A DNA stretch of 64,000 nt, from positions 84,573 to 148,572 of the forward strand of contig CAWAKF010000030.1 in assembly GCA_963782435.1 (NCBI GenBank). Direction: 5' to 3'. The notes under the pieces were generated by a model that had not been told where the DNA came from, searched no databases, and saw only the letters and a program-made list of their open reading frames with translations. Of this stretch, positions 1 through 10,619 are shown piece after piece (within the stretch, counting starts at the first letter, position 1; every line of letters starts with the position of its first letter). The position numbers were made by a program, and so were the translations under genes. Source of the DNA: an uncultured delta proteobacterium. Lineage in GTDB: Bacteria; Desulfobacterota; RBG-13-43-22.

Positions 1-1064
1 CTGAATAGGGGCCAACCGGAGATGGAGATTCCTCCCACGACATAAAATATAAGGGTCAGAGGCATATATTTATAAAGCCCGCCCAATTTATTCAATTTAG
101 AGGTCCCGGTCATCATCAAAACCGAACCGGCCCCCATAAACAATAGGGCCTTATATAAAATGTGGGCGTAGGCATGGGCGCAGGCCCCATCTACGGCCAA
201 GGCCGTGCCGATACCGACACCGGCGACCATGTAACCCACCTGGCTGACGATGTGATAGGAGAGGATGCGGCGCATGTCATTTTCTATGGTCGCATAACAA
301 ACGCCATAAACTGTCATCACCGTGCCCATCACGGCCAGGACATCATAACCGGGAAAGGCCCGGGCCAGGACATAGATCGCTGTTTTTGTAGTAAAGGCGC
401 ACATAAACACCCCCCCGGTGACCGTGGATTCCGGGTAGGCATCGGGCAGCCAGGCATGCAGAGGAAAGACGGCCGCGTTCAAGGCAAAACCAGCCAGGAT
501 CAGATATTCGGCTATCCCGGCACCGGCCTGAGGGATAAAAATAAAATCCATGCTACCGGTTTTAATGTAATGGAGAAAGATGCCGGCTAAAAGCAACAAT
601 CCGCCGAAAACATGCATCAGTAGATAACGGAATCCAGCCTTTATAGAAGCCGGTTCCCGGCGGAACCAGATCAAAAAGACCGAGGCAAAGGCCATCATTT
701 CCCAGAAGATAAAGACCGTCACATAATCCCCGGCAAAGACCACCCCCAAAGAACCGCCAACATAGAAATAGGAGGCAATATGTTGGGCGTTTTCTTTGAC
801 GTGGAGGCTGTAGAGCATCCCTAAAAAAGACATCAGGGTAAAGACATGGGCAAAAACAATGCTTAATCGATCTATCCGGCCCAAGGTAATATTGAAGCCC
901 AGGTAATGGATTTGCCCATAAACGCCAGGGGTCAGGGACAGGACATCGGCAAAGGCCAAGGCCGGGATGAGTAATAAATAAACTTTCTTGATCTTTCCCG
1001 GCAATATGGGGATCAAAAAGGCTCCTAAAATAAATAAAAGGGCTGGATGAATAAACTTATCCAT
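1..1064 (-). CDS. MrpD/NuoN-like Na+/H+ antiporter-type membrane subunit (runs off the left edge)
   Basis: Manual translation from ATG at 1064: MDKFIHPALLFILGA...GRIDRLSIVFAHVF...VFAGDYVTVFIFWEMMA...AGFRYLLMH; hydrophobic with MrpD-type FWE motif. Not in the ORF track because no stop lies inside the window. Confidence 0.85.
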   Translation of the reverse strand, partial: MDKFIHPALLFILGAFLIPILPGKIKKVYLLLIPALAFADVLSLTPGVYGQIHYLGFNITLGRIDRLSIVFAHVFTLMSFLGMLYSLHVKENAQHIASYFYVGGSLGVVFAGDYVTVFIFWEMMAFASVFLIWFRREPASIKAGFRYLLMHVFGGLLLLAGIFLHYIKTGSMDFIFIPQAGAGIAEYLILAGFALNAAVFPLHAWLPDAYPESTVTGGVFMCAFTTKTAIYVLARAFPGYDVLAVMGTVMTVYGVCYATIENDMRRILSYHIVSQVGYMVAGVGIGTALAVDGACAHAYAHILYKALLFMGAGSVLMMTGTSKLNKLGGLYKYMPLTLIFYVVGGISISGWPLF

Positions 1065-1302
1065 AGTAATCCTCTTTTTTCATCAATACGGTGTGAGCCA
1101 ACCCCTTCATAATGCGTATCAATAGGACACAGCCGATAAAACCGAAAACCGTCCAGAACCCGGGGTATTCCCAGAAGTGATGGTTCTCATGGCTGGGGAC
1201 CAGAACATCAAAAGCGATCGTTGCCGCCAGGACCACGTAGAGTATTCGTTTCAAACCCTTTAAATGGTCTCTTAAATATTGTATCGGATTTGCCCAGTTC
1301 AT
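1057..1302 (-). CDS. small membrane protein of the Nuo/Mrp cluster
   Basis: 81 aa, two hydrophobic segments, overlaps both neighbours (translational coupling). Confidence 0.75.
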   Translation of the reverse strand: MNWANPIQYLRDHLKGLKRILYVVLAATIAFDVLVPSHENHHFWEYPGFWTVFGFIGCVLLIRIMKGLAHTVLMKKEDYYG

Positions 1303-2838
1303 AATTGGAAGACCACCTTAACGACATTTATAAGGTATTTTGGATCAACTGCTTTAACGATATTCATAAAATAATCCGGATAAAGCCCCAGAATAATGGA
1401 ACCGAGGGCTGTTAATAATAAGGGAATCACCATAAAGGCCGGGGCTTCTTGAAGTCCATTCGTCGGGTTCAGGTGATCGGCCGGTATTTCTTCATTAGCC
1501 TTGCCGAAAAAGGCCCGAATGATTACCGGGAAAAAATAGGCCGTGTTCAATAGGGTGCTGGCCAATAAGACGACTAAAAATACATATTTGATGGGCCTGC
1601 ATGGCCCCAATGGCCAGATACCATTTGGTGACAAATCCGCAGACTAAGGGAACCCCGATCATGCTTAAAGAGGCAATGGCGAAGGCCCCAAAGGTAAAGG
1701 GCATTTTGCGCCCCATGCCGGACATTTCACTGATTTTTTCTGGTATGGGCGGCCACATAAGATCGAGCCGGCGCACATAAAGAGGGTGATCTTGGAAAAG
1801 GCATGGTTGGCGATATGAATCAGCCCACCGGTCACTGCGCTGGGGGTCAATAAAGCGACCCCAAGATGATGTAAGAAAGCTGGCTGACCGTGGAATAGGC
1901 CAACCGGGCTTTTAAATCGTCTTTGGTCAGGGCGATGACGGAAGCCATGAAAATGGTAAAAGAGGCGACATAGGCCGTGGGGATTCCAAGATTCAAGGAA
2001 TTTAAGAGTCCGACCCCAAAGACCGAGAGCATGACCCGGCTGGTACAGAAGACCCCGGCCTTGACAACGGCCACGGCATGGAGCAGGGCGCTGACCGGGG
2101 TGGGGGCGACCATGGCCGATGGCAGCCAGTTATGGAAAGGCATGATGGCCGCCTTGGCAAAACCGGCCATAAAGAAAATGTAGAGTGATGGTCACCAGGG
2201 TCGGGTTGGCATCCGCCGGAAAAATCCCGTTGAGAGATTCCGGAGGGGCAAAATCAAGGGTTCCGGCTAAAACATAAGTCAAGATAAGGGCCGGCAGGAG
2301 AAAGGCTTTGGCCGTACGCGGTCAGATAGACCATGTATTTCCGGGCGCCCTCATAGGCCTCTTCGTCCTGATGATGGGCAACCAAGGGATAGGTGAAGAT
2401 GGTGATGATTTCATAAAAGAAATACAGGGTAAAGAGGTTGCCGGAAAAGGCCACCCCGACCGCTCCGACGATGGCTACGGCAAAACAGAAATAATACCGG
2501 GTCTGGGCATGTTCTTTCAAGGACCGCATATACCCGATGTTGTAGAAAGTGACCAGGATCCATAAGAAAGAGGCAATGGTGCCGAAAATCATTCCCAGGG
2601 CATCCACTCTGAATTTCATGGAGATCCCCGGTAATATAACAAACGGTGTTATTTCAAAGGCCTTTCCGGCCAGGACCTGCGGGGTCATCGAAAGGACGGT
2701 TAAAAAAGTAGCCACAGCGCCTAAAACCGACCAGGTCTCCCTTAAGTTCGGCTTTTTGGGCGTGAACATAATCAGCAGGGAGGCCACAGAGGCAATTAAA
2801 ACGGCTAATACGGGCCGTATGGAGATAATGGTTTCCAT
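1299..2838 (-). CDS. monovalent cation/H+ antiporter subunit D family protein (MrpD/NuoL-like), split by about 4 frameshifts
   Basis: Consecutive fragments 2254-2838, 1847-2170, 1665-1850, 1495-1776, 1299-1634 carry FYE, KAAIMPFHNWLPSAMVAPTPVSALLH, LAYSTVSQ, HAFSKITLF and SMIGVP motifs in the correct order. Confidence 0.85.
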
Positions 2839-2861
2839 TGGTTCCTTTTAGGTTAGAACAT

Positions 2862-3170
2862 CTATCCTTTCAATTCACTGACGCTATCGGGCGTAATCTC
2901 TCTGAATCTACGATAGACCGTGATTATGATACTCAGGGCGATGGCCGTCTCGGCTGCGGCCAGACCCATAATAAACAAGGTAAATACCTGCCCGATAGTC
3001 GCATCCTTGGATAAAAACATATTAAAGGCCATAAAGTTCAGAGCGGCCCCATTGAGGATCAGTTCGGTGGCGACCAGCATGCCGATGAGATTACTTTGAA
3101 AAATGATGCCAAAGATCCCGATGGTAAACATCAGGATACCAATAATCAAGTAAGTTAACAGACTTTCCAT
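2862..3170 (-). CDS. nuoK: NADH-quinone oxidoreductase subunit K
   Basis: 102 aa, ELILNG and AAAETAIALSI motifs, operon position. Confidence 0.93.
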   Translation of the reverse strand: MESLLTYLIIGILMFTIGIFGIIFQSNLIGMLVATELILNGAALNFMAFNMFLSKDATIGQVFTLFIMGLAAAETAIALSIIITVYRRFREITPDSVSELKG

Positions 3171-3172
3171 GG

Positions 3173-3706
3173 TTAATCTCTTTTCTGGCCGATTCCTGCG
3201 ATCATGATGGCGCCGATAATCGCTATGGCCAGGAGTAAGGAAATCAATTCAAAAACAAGGAAATAACGGGTCAGTAACTGTTGCCCTAATGTCTTGATGG
3301 TCCAGTCCCGTGAGGGTGGGGCATAAGGCGCCCATTTGGTATTGAGGATCGTCATGAACATGGTAACAAAGGTAATGATGCTGATCACTAAAGCGATGAT
3401 GGCTTTAATTACCGGCCGTTTTGGTATTTCCAATTCCAAGGGAGGGGAGAGCATGATGGCGAAAATATAGGTGATACAAATCGCCCCGACATAAACCAGC
3501 AACTGCATCATGGATACAAACTGGCTTCCAAGATATAGATAGATCCCGGTCACACCGAACATGGACAGGGCGAGTCCCATGATATTGTGAACGATTTTAG
3601 GCAAGGCCACGGCCATAAGGGCACCGCCCAGGGTAAGAACGACCATGAGCCAGAAGATCCCCTGGGCTACTAAGATTGGCGGAATGAAGTCAGCAATGGT
3701 AGTCAT
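3173..3706 (-). CDS. nuoJ: NADH-quinone oxidoreductase subunit J
   Basis: QLLVYVGAI and FELISLLL motifs. Confidence 0.92.
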   Translation of the reverse strand: MTTIADFIPPILVAQGIFWLMVVLTLGGALMAVALPKIVHNIMGLALSMFGVTGIYLYLGSQFVSMMQLLVYVGAICITYIFAIMLSPPLELEIPKRPVIKAIIALVISIITFVTMFMTILNTKWAPYAPPSRDWTIKTLGQQLLTRYFLVFELISLLLAIAIIGAIMIAGIGQKRD

Positions 3707-4160
3707 GGTCTTTCCTCTAACCGACGCATGAGGTCGATAACCGTCTCCCAGCGGGAATAATAGACCAGCTCGTATTCGCTGGAAAATTTAAGCGTTTGTT
3801 CCGGGCAGACATCGACGCATAAACCGCAAAGGCTGCACTTGGAGAAATCAATTACATATTGCCGGCCCACTTTTTTATCGCCGGCTTTGGTCTTTTCCCC
3901 CTGGAGCTTGATGACATGGGAAGGACAGGTGCGGGCGCATAAACCGCAGGCCACGCAATGATGGGTCTTGGTGTCGTCAAAGCGGATGGCCTCGATGTGT
4001 CCCCGAAAATTCGGGGTCATGGTTATTTTTTGACGGGGATATTGGACTGTGACAATCCTCGTAAAGAGTCTTTTCAGAGTTATCCAGAGGCCGATTGCCA
4101 AGCTCTTGATCCGGTTAGTATCTCCCTAATATAGAGTATAAAGCCGTTGGAGGTTTTCAT
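3703..4160 (-). CDS. nuoI: NADH-quinone oxidoreductase subunit I (2x[4Fe-4S]); apparent N-terminal frameshift
   Basis: TVQYP, CVACGLCARTCP, CSLCGLCVDVCP; probable true ATG at 4160 directly after the nuoH stop. Confidence 0.9.
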
Positions 4161-4161
4161 T

Positions 4162-5161
4162 TTATATGACCTTAAGGACAATAGCGGTAATCAAGAGATT
4201 GACCAGGGCAATTGGAATCAGGACTTTCCAGGCGAAATTCATCAGTTGGTCAAAACGGATCCGAGGGATAGGTCCACCGGACCCACATAATGACAAAAAT
4301 CAAAAAATAGACTTTAATTAAAAACCAGATTATCCCAGAGAAAATGGGGCCATGCCATCCCCCTAAAAACAAAACCGTAGCCATGGAAGCGGAAATGACC
4401 ATATTCGTGTATTCGGCCAGAAAAAACAGTGAAAATCGCATCCCGGTGTATTCGGTATGAAACCCGGAAACGAGTTCCGATTCGGCCTCGACCAGATCGA
4501 AAGGGGCCCGGTTGGTTTCTGCGGTGGTTGCAATGATAAAAATAATGGCGGCAATAGGCTGAACTAAAATAAACCAGAATGAAGACTGATCTTTTACAAT
4601 GTCACCCATTTTGAAAGTGTTGGTTATTATGATGACTGACATGGTGGACAAAAGGAGTGGTATTTCATAAGCCACGTTTTGAGCCACCGATCGAACGGCG
4701 CCAATCAGGGAATATTTATTATTGGAAGACCAACCGGCCATAAGAATGGAAATTACGGAGATGCTGGAAAAAGAAAAAATTAATAAGATACCGACATTCA
4801 CATCCCGAATTTGGGCTATAGGACCGAAAGGAATCGGGACAAATCCGACAAAGGCCGGAGCCACGACCAGGATTGGAGCTAAAAAGAAAAGGACCTTGTC
4901 CGACATTCCCGGGGTGACCATTTCTTTGCCCAGCAATTTCACAGCATCAACCAAGGTCTGAAGAATGCCGTGAGGCCCGACTTCCATGGGACCCGGTCGC
5001 AACTGGATATGTCCGGCCACCTTTCTCTCCGCCAAAACCAGCATAGCGACATTGATGGGGACCAAGGCGGCTACAATTATAAGTCCAATGAGGCCGGCTA
5101 AAATGTCGGACCCCAGGAAGGCATAAATATCTTTAATATATGGAAGTTGTGTTATATTCAC
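4162..5161 (-). CDS. nuoH: NADH-quinone oxidoreductase subunit H (frameshift near the C-terminus)
   Basis: [34 protein letters not shown]; an extra C near 4265 breaks [11 protein letters not shown]. Confidence 0.93.
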
Positions 5162-6288
5162 CGATCAATCTCCGGAACGGTTACATCCAGACTGCCAAAA
5201 ATGGCAATGACATCAGCCAGAAAATGTCCTGGACAGATTTTTGTCAGGACAAATAGGTTGGAAAAGGATGGGAGCGCGAACTTTAATGCGGTAAGGGACA
5301 CGTGAACCGTCGCTGACGATATAAAAACCAGCGGCACCCTTGGCACTTTCAAAGGTGAAATAGCATTCTCCTTCGGGCGGGGTGACAAACCGGGGGACCT
5401 TGGAGCGGACCGGACCTGGGGGCAGATGGTCCAAGGCCTGTTCAATAATATTCAGACTTTGCTCCATTTCAGCCATCCTTACCTGGTAACGGGCCAGGCA
5501 ATCGCCCCCTTCCCGGGTCGGGATCTCAAATTTAAATTCCGGATAAATCGAATAGGGTTCATTCTTCCGGACATCGTATCGGGATGCCCGAACCTCGTAA
5601 TGTAGGACCGGTAACTCCGAATTCCAAGGCCGTCTCTTTAGTAATGACCCCGACATCTTGGGATCGTTTAATAAAAATAATGTTTTGATTAATCAGATTT
5701 TCATAATCCCAAAATCGACCTCTTAGACGGTCAATAAACCGACGGGTCCCATCGAAAAACTCTTTAGTGATATCATTACGGACCCCGCCGAAGCGGCCAT
5801 AATTATAAGTCAGGCGGGAGCCGGCTATCATCTCGAGTAGATCCAGTATTTGTTCCCGGTCATCCCAACCGTACAGAAAAGGGGGTGATGGCCCCGAGAC
5901 CCATGACATAATCCATGGCCCCGACAAAATGGTTGGCGATCCGGTTCAGTTCCGAAGTGATGACCCGGATAAATTCCGCCCGCCTGGGGACCTCGATGCC
6001 GCAAAGCCTCTCTACAGCCTGGCAATAGCCATAATTGAAGATCAGGCCGGACATATAATCTATTCTGGGAGGATTGGGTAAAAACTGTTCATAAATCCGG
6101 TTTTCAGCCATTTTTTCATGGCCCCGGTGGGAATAACCGATGGTCGGCTCACAGGCCACAACCACTTCACCATCCAGGGTCAGAAGGATATGCATGACCC
6201 CATGGGTGCTGGGGTGTTGGGGCCCCAGATTCAACTGATAAACCCGTTGATTGATAGAGCTATCGTCTATGGTTTTAACATTTAACAT
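5158..6288 (-). CDS. nuoD: NADH-quinone oxidoreductase subunit D (frameshifted into 4 pieces)
   Basis: [44 protein letters not shown]; no NiFe CxxC motifs. Confidence 0.92.
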
Positions 6289-6776
6289 AGGATGTCGTCT
6301 ATATCTGAAGTAAATTTTGTTTTGCCGAAGTTTTTAAGTAAAGGGAAATAATCCACATCATCGGGGTTGATGATCCGCCTAAGGTCCGGATGCTCCTGGA
6401 AACGGATGCCGAAGAAGTCAAAGACCTCCCGCTCCAGCCAGATGGCCTCAGTATAGATAGACGAGACACTTAATGGTGTCGCATCCCTGGATATACGGAC
6501 ACGGGCCTTAACCCGGCAGAATTCTTGGTAATAGGTGGAATAAAGATAAACTAATTCAAAATAGTCAATATAATCCAAAGCGGTTATCGTTTCGAGATAA
6601 AACCGTTTTTCCTTCATGGCCTGTGCCACAGGACGCATCCCGACCTGGTCCAAACGGATCTCCAGGTGATAACCGGTGCGGGCATAGTCGGTTTCATTGA
6701 CTTGCCCATCGGGGACGGCCAAGGATAGGCTATTTTTTAGCTCTACGAGCAGCTTTTTCTGCCCTGCGGTTGGCAT
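6282..6776 (-). CDS. nuoC: NADH-quinone oxidoreductase subunit C
   Basis: WLEREVFDFFGIRFQEHPDLRRI...FPLLK motif. Confidence 0.92.
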   Translation of the reverse strand: MPTAGQKKLLVELKNSLSLAVPDGQVNETDYARTGYHLEIRLDQVGMRPVAQAMKEKRFYLETITALDYIDYFELVYLYSTYYQEFCRVKARVRISRDATPLSVSSIYTEAIWLEREVFDFFGIRFQEHPDLRRIINPDDVDYFPLLKNFGKTKFTSDIDDILC

Positions 6777-7296
6777 CTACGATTCCTTTGGTAATTTTGG
6801 TTTGAATTTTAAGAAAGCCTTGGAGCAAGGCTTCCGGCCGGGGGGGGCATCCGGGGATATAAACATCGACCGGAATGATTTTATCCGCCCCATTGACAAT
6901 GGCATACTGTCCATCATAGGAAAAAGGGCCCCCGGAAATAGCACAATTACCCATGGCAATGACATACCTTGGCGCCGGCATTTGGTCATATAAGGTTTTA
7001 ATAGTCGGGACAAGCTTATGGGGGATAGTGCCGGCAACGACCATAACATCCGACTGTCGCGGGGTGCCCCTGGGGATTATACCGAAACGATCCCAGTCAA
7101 AACGGGCTACACCGGCTGCCATCATCTCAATGGCACAACAGGCGATCCCAAAGGTAAGGGGCCAGAGAGAATTGACCCGGATAATGTCAATTAACTCTTG
7201 TACGGGAGCAAATCCCACTACTGCGGGGCTTTCCACATATTCTTTGGAAAGATCCCTGGAAGGTATGCAAATGGGGGCGCTTCCCTTTACTTCCAT
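6730..7296 (-). CDS. nuoB: NADH-quinone oxidoreductase subunit B
   Basis: [30 protein letters not shown]. Confidence 0.95.
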   Translation of the reverse strand: MEVKGSAPICIPSRDLSKEYVESPAVVGFAPVQELIDIIRVNSLWPLTFGIACCAIEMMAAGVARFDWDRFGIIPRGTPRQSDVMVVAGTIPHKLVPTIKTLYDQMPAPRYVIAMGNCAISGGPFSYDGQYAIVNGADKIIPVDVYIPGCPPRPEALLQGFLKIQTKITKGIVDANRRAEKAARRAKK

Positions 7297-7670
7297 TTAA
7301 AAACTCCTTTACGCCAAGCATATACAATCGTCAATGATATCAGAGAGAGGAAGATGAAGAATTCAATGAATTCATAAAATCCGGTCCCCTTTTGATAGGC
7401 CATCAGGACCGGAAAAAGATAAAGAACGTCAACGTCGAAGGCCAAAAAAATCAGAGCGAAGAGATAGTAAGAGGCCCCGAATTGCATCCAGGCCGTCTTG
7501 ATAGGGGGCATCCCGCTTTCGTAGGTCGCCAGTCTTTTATCTCCGTAGATACGGGGACCGAGGACGAAATTAATACCCACCATGGTAAAGGCCAATAAAA
7601 AACCGACACCAAAGAAAATAAAGACAAATAGAAATTCACCGAGACCGGCTTGTAACATTTGAGAAAACAC
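7287..7670 (-). CDS. nuoA: NADH-quinone oxidoreductase subunit A
   Basis: [21 protein letters not shown]. Confidence 0.93.
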   Translation of the reverse strand: MFSQMLQAGLGEFLFVFIFFGVGFLLAFTMVGINFVLGPRIYGDKRLATYESGMPPIKTAWMQFGASYYLFALIFLAFDVDVLYLFPVLMAYQKGTGFYEFIEFFIFLSLISLTIVYAWRKGVFKWK

Positions 7671-7822
7671 TTAATTATTACTCCTTAAGGTCTTCAAGGT
7701 TTTCTTAAAGTCTCCGACATTTTTAAGCCCTTTCAAGCTTAAAAATGTCATGGTCGTATTACCTGTTTGAGAGGGTTTTTGTCAAGGAAAAAATTAAAAA
7801 AATAGATCAGAATTTGTTATTC

Positions 7823-8767
7823 TTATTCCGTCGTATTTTGGGAAATCCATATTTGGGCTTGTTCGATATCTTTATTGATTTGAGTCTTTAAGGCTTCCGG
7901 GCCGGAAAAGGTTCTTTCACCTCTAAGCCTTTTTAGGAAAAATACTTTAATATTCTTGCCATAGAGGTCATCTTTAAAGTTGAAAATAAAGGTCTCAATG
8001 GAGATGGTTTTGCCGTCGGCGAAGGTGGGGTTGAAGCCGACATTGGTTACCCCGTAAAAAAACCCCTGGGGACTTTCCACCCGGACCACATACACCCCTC
8101 GCTGGGGAATCAGTTTTTCATTAGGGTTCAGATTGGCCGTAGGAAAACCCAAAAGTGATCGGCCGATTCCTTTGCCGGGAATGATTTTTCCGGTGAGGCA
8201 GAAAGGACGACCCAGAAGGAGTTTGGCTTCTTCCATGGCCCCGGAGGAAATCAACTCCCGGACGCGGGTACTGCTGACCAGATGGTTGCCAATGGTTACC
8301 GGCGGATGGATATGGACAATAAATCCTAAGGTTTCCCCCAATTCTTTAAGCAGATGGATATTGCCTTCCCGTTTTTTCCCGAAGGTGTAGTCGTATCCGA
8401 CCACAATCTCTTTCATCCCGATCCGGGCGACCAGGATATCCTCGATAAAACTCCTGGCCGTGACCTGGGAAAACTCCCGGGTGAAAGGGATGGACAGGAC
8501 TGCCTCGATCCCGTATTGGAAAATCAGATCAACTTTGTTGTCATCGGAGACGATCTGTTTGGGGAATTTGCCTGGTGTCAGGACCTGGGCCGGGTGAGGG
8601 TGAAAGGTAATGACCATAGGGGTTCCTTTTATGGCCTTGGCCCTTTCCCGCACTTTTTGAAAAAGACTCTGATGACCCAGATGAATCCCGTCAAAATTCC
8701 CGATAGTCAGCACCGGGGCCTTTAGCGGTTTGGTGATTTGATTGATGTCGGAAAAATAGGTGCCCAT
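7823..8767 (-). CDS. ribF: bifunctional riboflavin kinase/FAD synthetase
   Basis: IGNFDGIHLGHQ, VSSTRVR, GFPTAN, NVGFNPT. Confidence 0.97.
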   Translation of the reverse strand: MGTYFSDINQITKPLKAPVLTIGNFDGIHLGHQSLFQKVRERAKAIKGTPMVITFHPHPAQVLTPGKFPKQIVSDDNKVDLIFQYGIEAVLSIPFTREFSQVTARSFIEDILVARIGMKEIVVGYDYTFGKKREGNIHLLKELGETLGFIVHIHPPVTIGNHLVSSTRVRELISSGAMEEAKLLLGRPFCLTGKIIPGKGIGRSLLGFPTANLNPNEKLIPQRGVYVVRVESPQGFFYGVTNVGFNPTFADGKTISIETFIFNFKDDLYGKNIKVFFLKRLRGERTFSGPEALKTQINKDIEQAQIWISQNTTE

Positions 8768-8775
8768 AAATTATT

Positions 8776-8892
8776 GAGGTTCGAGGTATAAGGTATGAGG
8801 TTCAAGGGAAAACCTCAAATCCTAAACCTTATCTCCTAAACCTTATAAGTTGTAAATTAGACATATACCTTAAACCGTAGACCTTGGACCTT
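8776..8892. repeat. period-7 inverted-arm repeat (nAGGTnn / nnACCTn)
   Basis: gaggttc gaggtat aaggtat gaggttc aagg ... aaacctc aaatcct aaacctt atctcct aaacctt ... atacctt aaaccgt agacctt ggacctt. Confidence 0.85.
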
Positions 8893-8919
8893 AGGCAAGT
8901 AGTTTATGTGTCAAACTGC

Positions 8920-8948
8920 TTGACAGCCCTAAAATATTCATTTATATT
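8920..8948 (+). promoter_or_regulatory. sigma70-type promoter of tRNA-Leu
   Basis: TTGACA-17 nt-TATATT, 35 nt upstream of the tRNA. Confidence 0.7.
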
Positions 8949-8982
8949 TTTAAAAAATATAAAAATCAATTAAATAATGATT

Positions 8983-9070
8983 GCCGAAGTGGTGAAATTG
9001 GTAGACGCGCTAGGTTCAGGGCCTAGTAGGCAATAGCCTGTAGGGGTTCGAGTCCCCCTCTTCGGCACCA
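8983..9070 (+). tRNA. tRNA-Leu(CAG)
   Basis: GCCGAAG acceptor stem pairing with CTTCGGC-ACCA; anticodon arm ctagg-ttCAGgg-cctag; long variable arm; GGTTCGAGTCC T arm. Confidence 0.97.
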
Positions 9071-9078
9071 GGTAGTTA

Positions 9079-9118
9079 GAAGCGGGCAAGTTTTCAATAA
9101 CTTGCCCGCTTTTATTTT
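9079..9118 (+). terminator. intrinsic terminator after the tRNA
   Basis: aagcgggcaagtt-ttcaat-aacttgcccgctt followed by a T-rich tract. Confidence 0.75.
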
Positions 9119-9235
9119 AGGGTGGGTTCGGATAGGGTGCAGAAGGGTGCTGGGAATCCGATCGGTTAACAACATCCTGGTTACTGTTCAGGATCAGGCG
9201 GCCTTAAATATTATCCGTTTTTAGGAACAGGCAGT

Positions 9236-9406
9236 TCAAGTATGATCTTTGGTCAGCAGAATCCTTTTTTGTTTCGTCGCAAGTCTAATCACATCTGAAT
9301 CTGCTGCCCTGGGAGTAATTTCAGCAACAGCCAAAACCTCATGCTTAGCTTTCCTCAAAGCATAGACGACAGCAAAATCACAAGATTCATCGGCCAGAAA
9401 ACGCAT
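9236..9406 (-). pseudogene. truncated DUF5615/PIN-like toxin
   Basis: Manual translation MRFLADESCDFAVVYALRKAKHEV...DSDVIRLATKQKRILLTKDHT* (56 aa); stops where the TxDxDF motif should continue; lies directly after DUF433. Confidence 0.75.
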
Positions 9407-9410
9407 AGGC

Positions 9411-9662
9411 TTATTTTAAGGCCACGCGCCTGGGAGGATCTAAAAAAACCATTTCTTCATGGGCCAGGGTATCTGCCGCATAACGTATAGCGGCTTGGAT
9501 ATCTTTAACCCTAAGCTTTGGATAGGCCTTAAGGAGATCCGGTTCCTTGGCCCCTTCGCTGAGTTTCCTTAAAATAAGTTCCACCGTAATTCGCGTTCCA
9601 CGGATTATCGGTTTTCCCATCATAACCTTGGGATTGACTTCAATTCGTTCAATAAATGTCAT
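9411..9662 (-). CDS. DUF433 antitoxin
   Basis: RIEVNPKVMMGKPIIRGTRITVE...YPKL...DIQAAIRYA. Confidence 0.92.
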   Translation of the reverse strand: MTFIERIEVNPKVMMGKPIIRGTRITVELILRKLSEGAKEPDLLKAYPKLRVKDIQAAIRYAADTLAHEEMVFLDPPRRVALK

Positions 9663-10036
9663 ATGATTCCTCCTGCTTCTCTCATCGCGGCACCGCCAAG
9701 AGCATGGATCTAATAGTCTTTTTTCGTCACTACTCTTAAGATACAGGGCCGAAAGGGAGTTGGCAAGGCGTAAAAAATCTTGCCCCCGGTTCTGTTCAGT
9801 TTTCAGTCAGGCCCGCAGGGTATTGGTTTACCAAATCTCTTATCCCTTTGATCCATTTACACCCGCCGGCATCCCCGGTAACCTGACCGAATCCTTACAG
9901 ACCATAAAATCCCATCTACCCACCCGTCCCCACTCTAATTTTGAAATCTTCTGAGGGGTTAATGGATGTGGGTTGGTAAGGGCATAAATTTAAATCCATT
10001 CCAATTTGTCCCCAGTTTACCATTTTTTCTGCCTTT

Positions 10037-10600
10037 TCACTGGCCGCCGAAATCCTCCTTCAACTGATCGACGACATCTCCTACAAAATCGTGAAATCCC
10101 CAGCCGATACCATCGGTCATCTGCTCTACTCTCGCCAACCGGTCACGGAACTGTGGATACATCCCCCTCGCCTTGCCGCGCAACAGGGCGGCCATTTCTT
10201 CCAGCGCCGACTCTACGCTGCTGTAGAATCGCTCGTCAATGTCTCCAAACTTTTGGGTGAATTTTGCGCCGGTCTCCACATAGGTCATTAGTAATTCCAC
10301 CGTGCCAAGGAGGTCGCCCGTGGCCTTGCTGTAATTGCGGATAGCCTTGCGCGCTTCTCTCAGTTTCAACTTACCGAAGCCTCGTGCGGGAAAGAACTGC
10401 TCTACGATTTTGCCCCGATACTTTTCCAGGGCCTTGCCGCCGAACTCCCCGGCCTCAATGCGGGCATGGATAAAGTCGCGGTTATCAGGGGCAGATTCAT
10501 AAAGGTCTTTCACCAGGGCGAGCAGTGCGGGCTTGTCCCAGGAGGTGAGATGTTTGCGGACAGTGCTCCAACCACCCGGTTTTTTAGTTGAATTCTTCAT
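10037..10600 (-). CDS. conserved hypothetical helical protein (DUF6155-like)
   Basis: 187 aa, GGAG RBS; KLKLREARKAI...ELLMTYVETG...FGDIDERFY pattern; family assignment from memory only. Confidence 0.7.
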   Translation of the reverse strand: MKNSTKKPGGWSTVRKHLTSWDKPALLALVKDLYESAPDNRDFIHARIEAGEFGGKALEKYRGKIVEQFFPARGFGKLKLREARKAIRNYSKATGDLLGTVELLMTYVETGAKFTQKFGDIDERFYSSVESALEEMAALLRGKARGMYPQFRDRLARVEQMTDGIGWGFHDFVGDVVDQLKEDFGGQ

Positions 10601-10619
10601 GGATTATTTCTCCAGAGGG

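Noticed and set aside
1299-6288. Multiple frameshifts in the mrpD-like gene, nuoI, nuoH and nuoD (also radical SAM, gap, SBP, ilvD) as programmed frameshifting or pseudogenisation
   Set aside because: They are single-base indels, several in short homopolymer runs (e.g. the extra C in nuoH), in otherwise well-conserved essential genes. Long-read consensus error is the simplest explanation; read polishing would settle it.
5158-7296. Group 4 [NiFe]-hydrogenase interpretation of the nuoBCD genes
   Set aside because: The large subunit has neither CxxC nickel-binding motif (RIDY and [11 protein letters not shown] instead).
9760-10030. 64-aa ORF or possible ncRNA in the islet spacer
   Set aside because: TTG start, no recognisable family, and no convincing structure.
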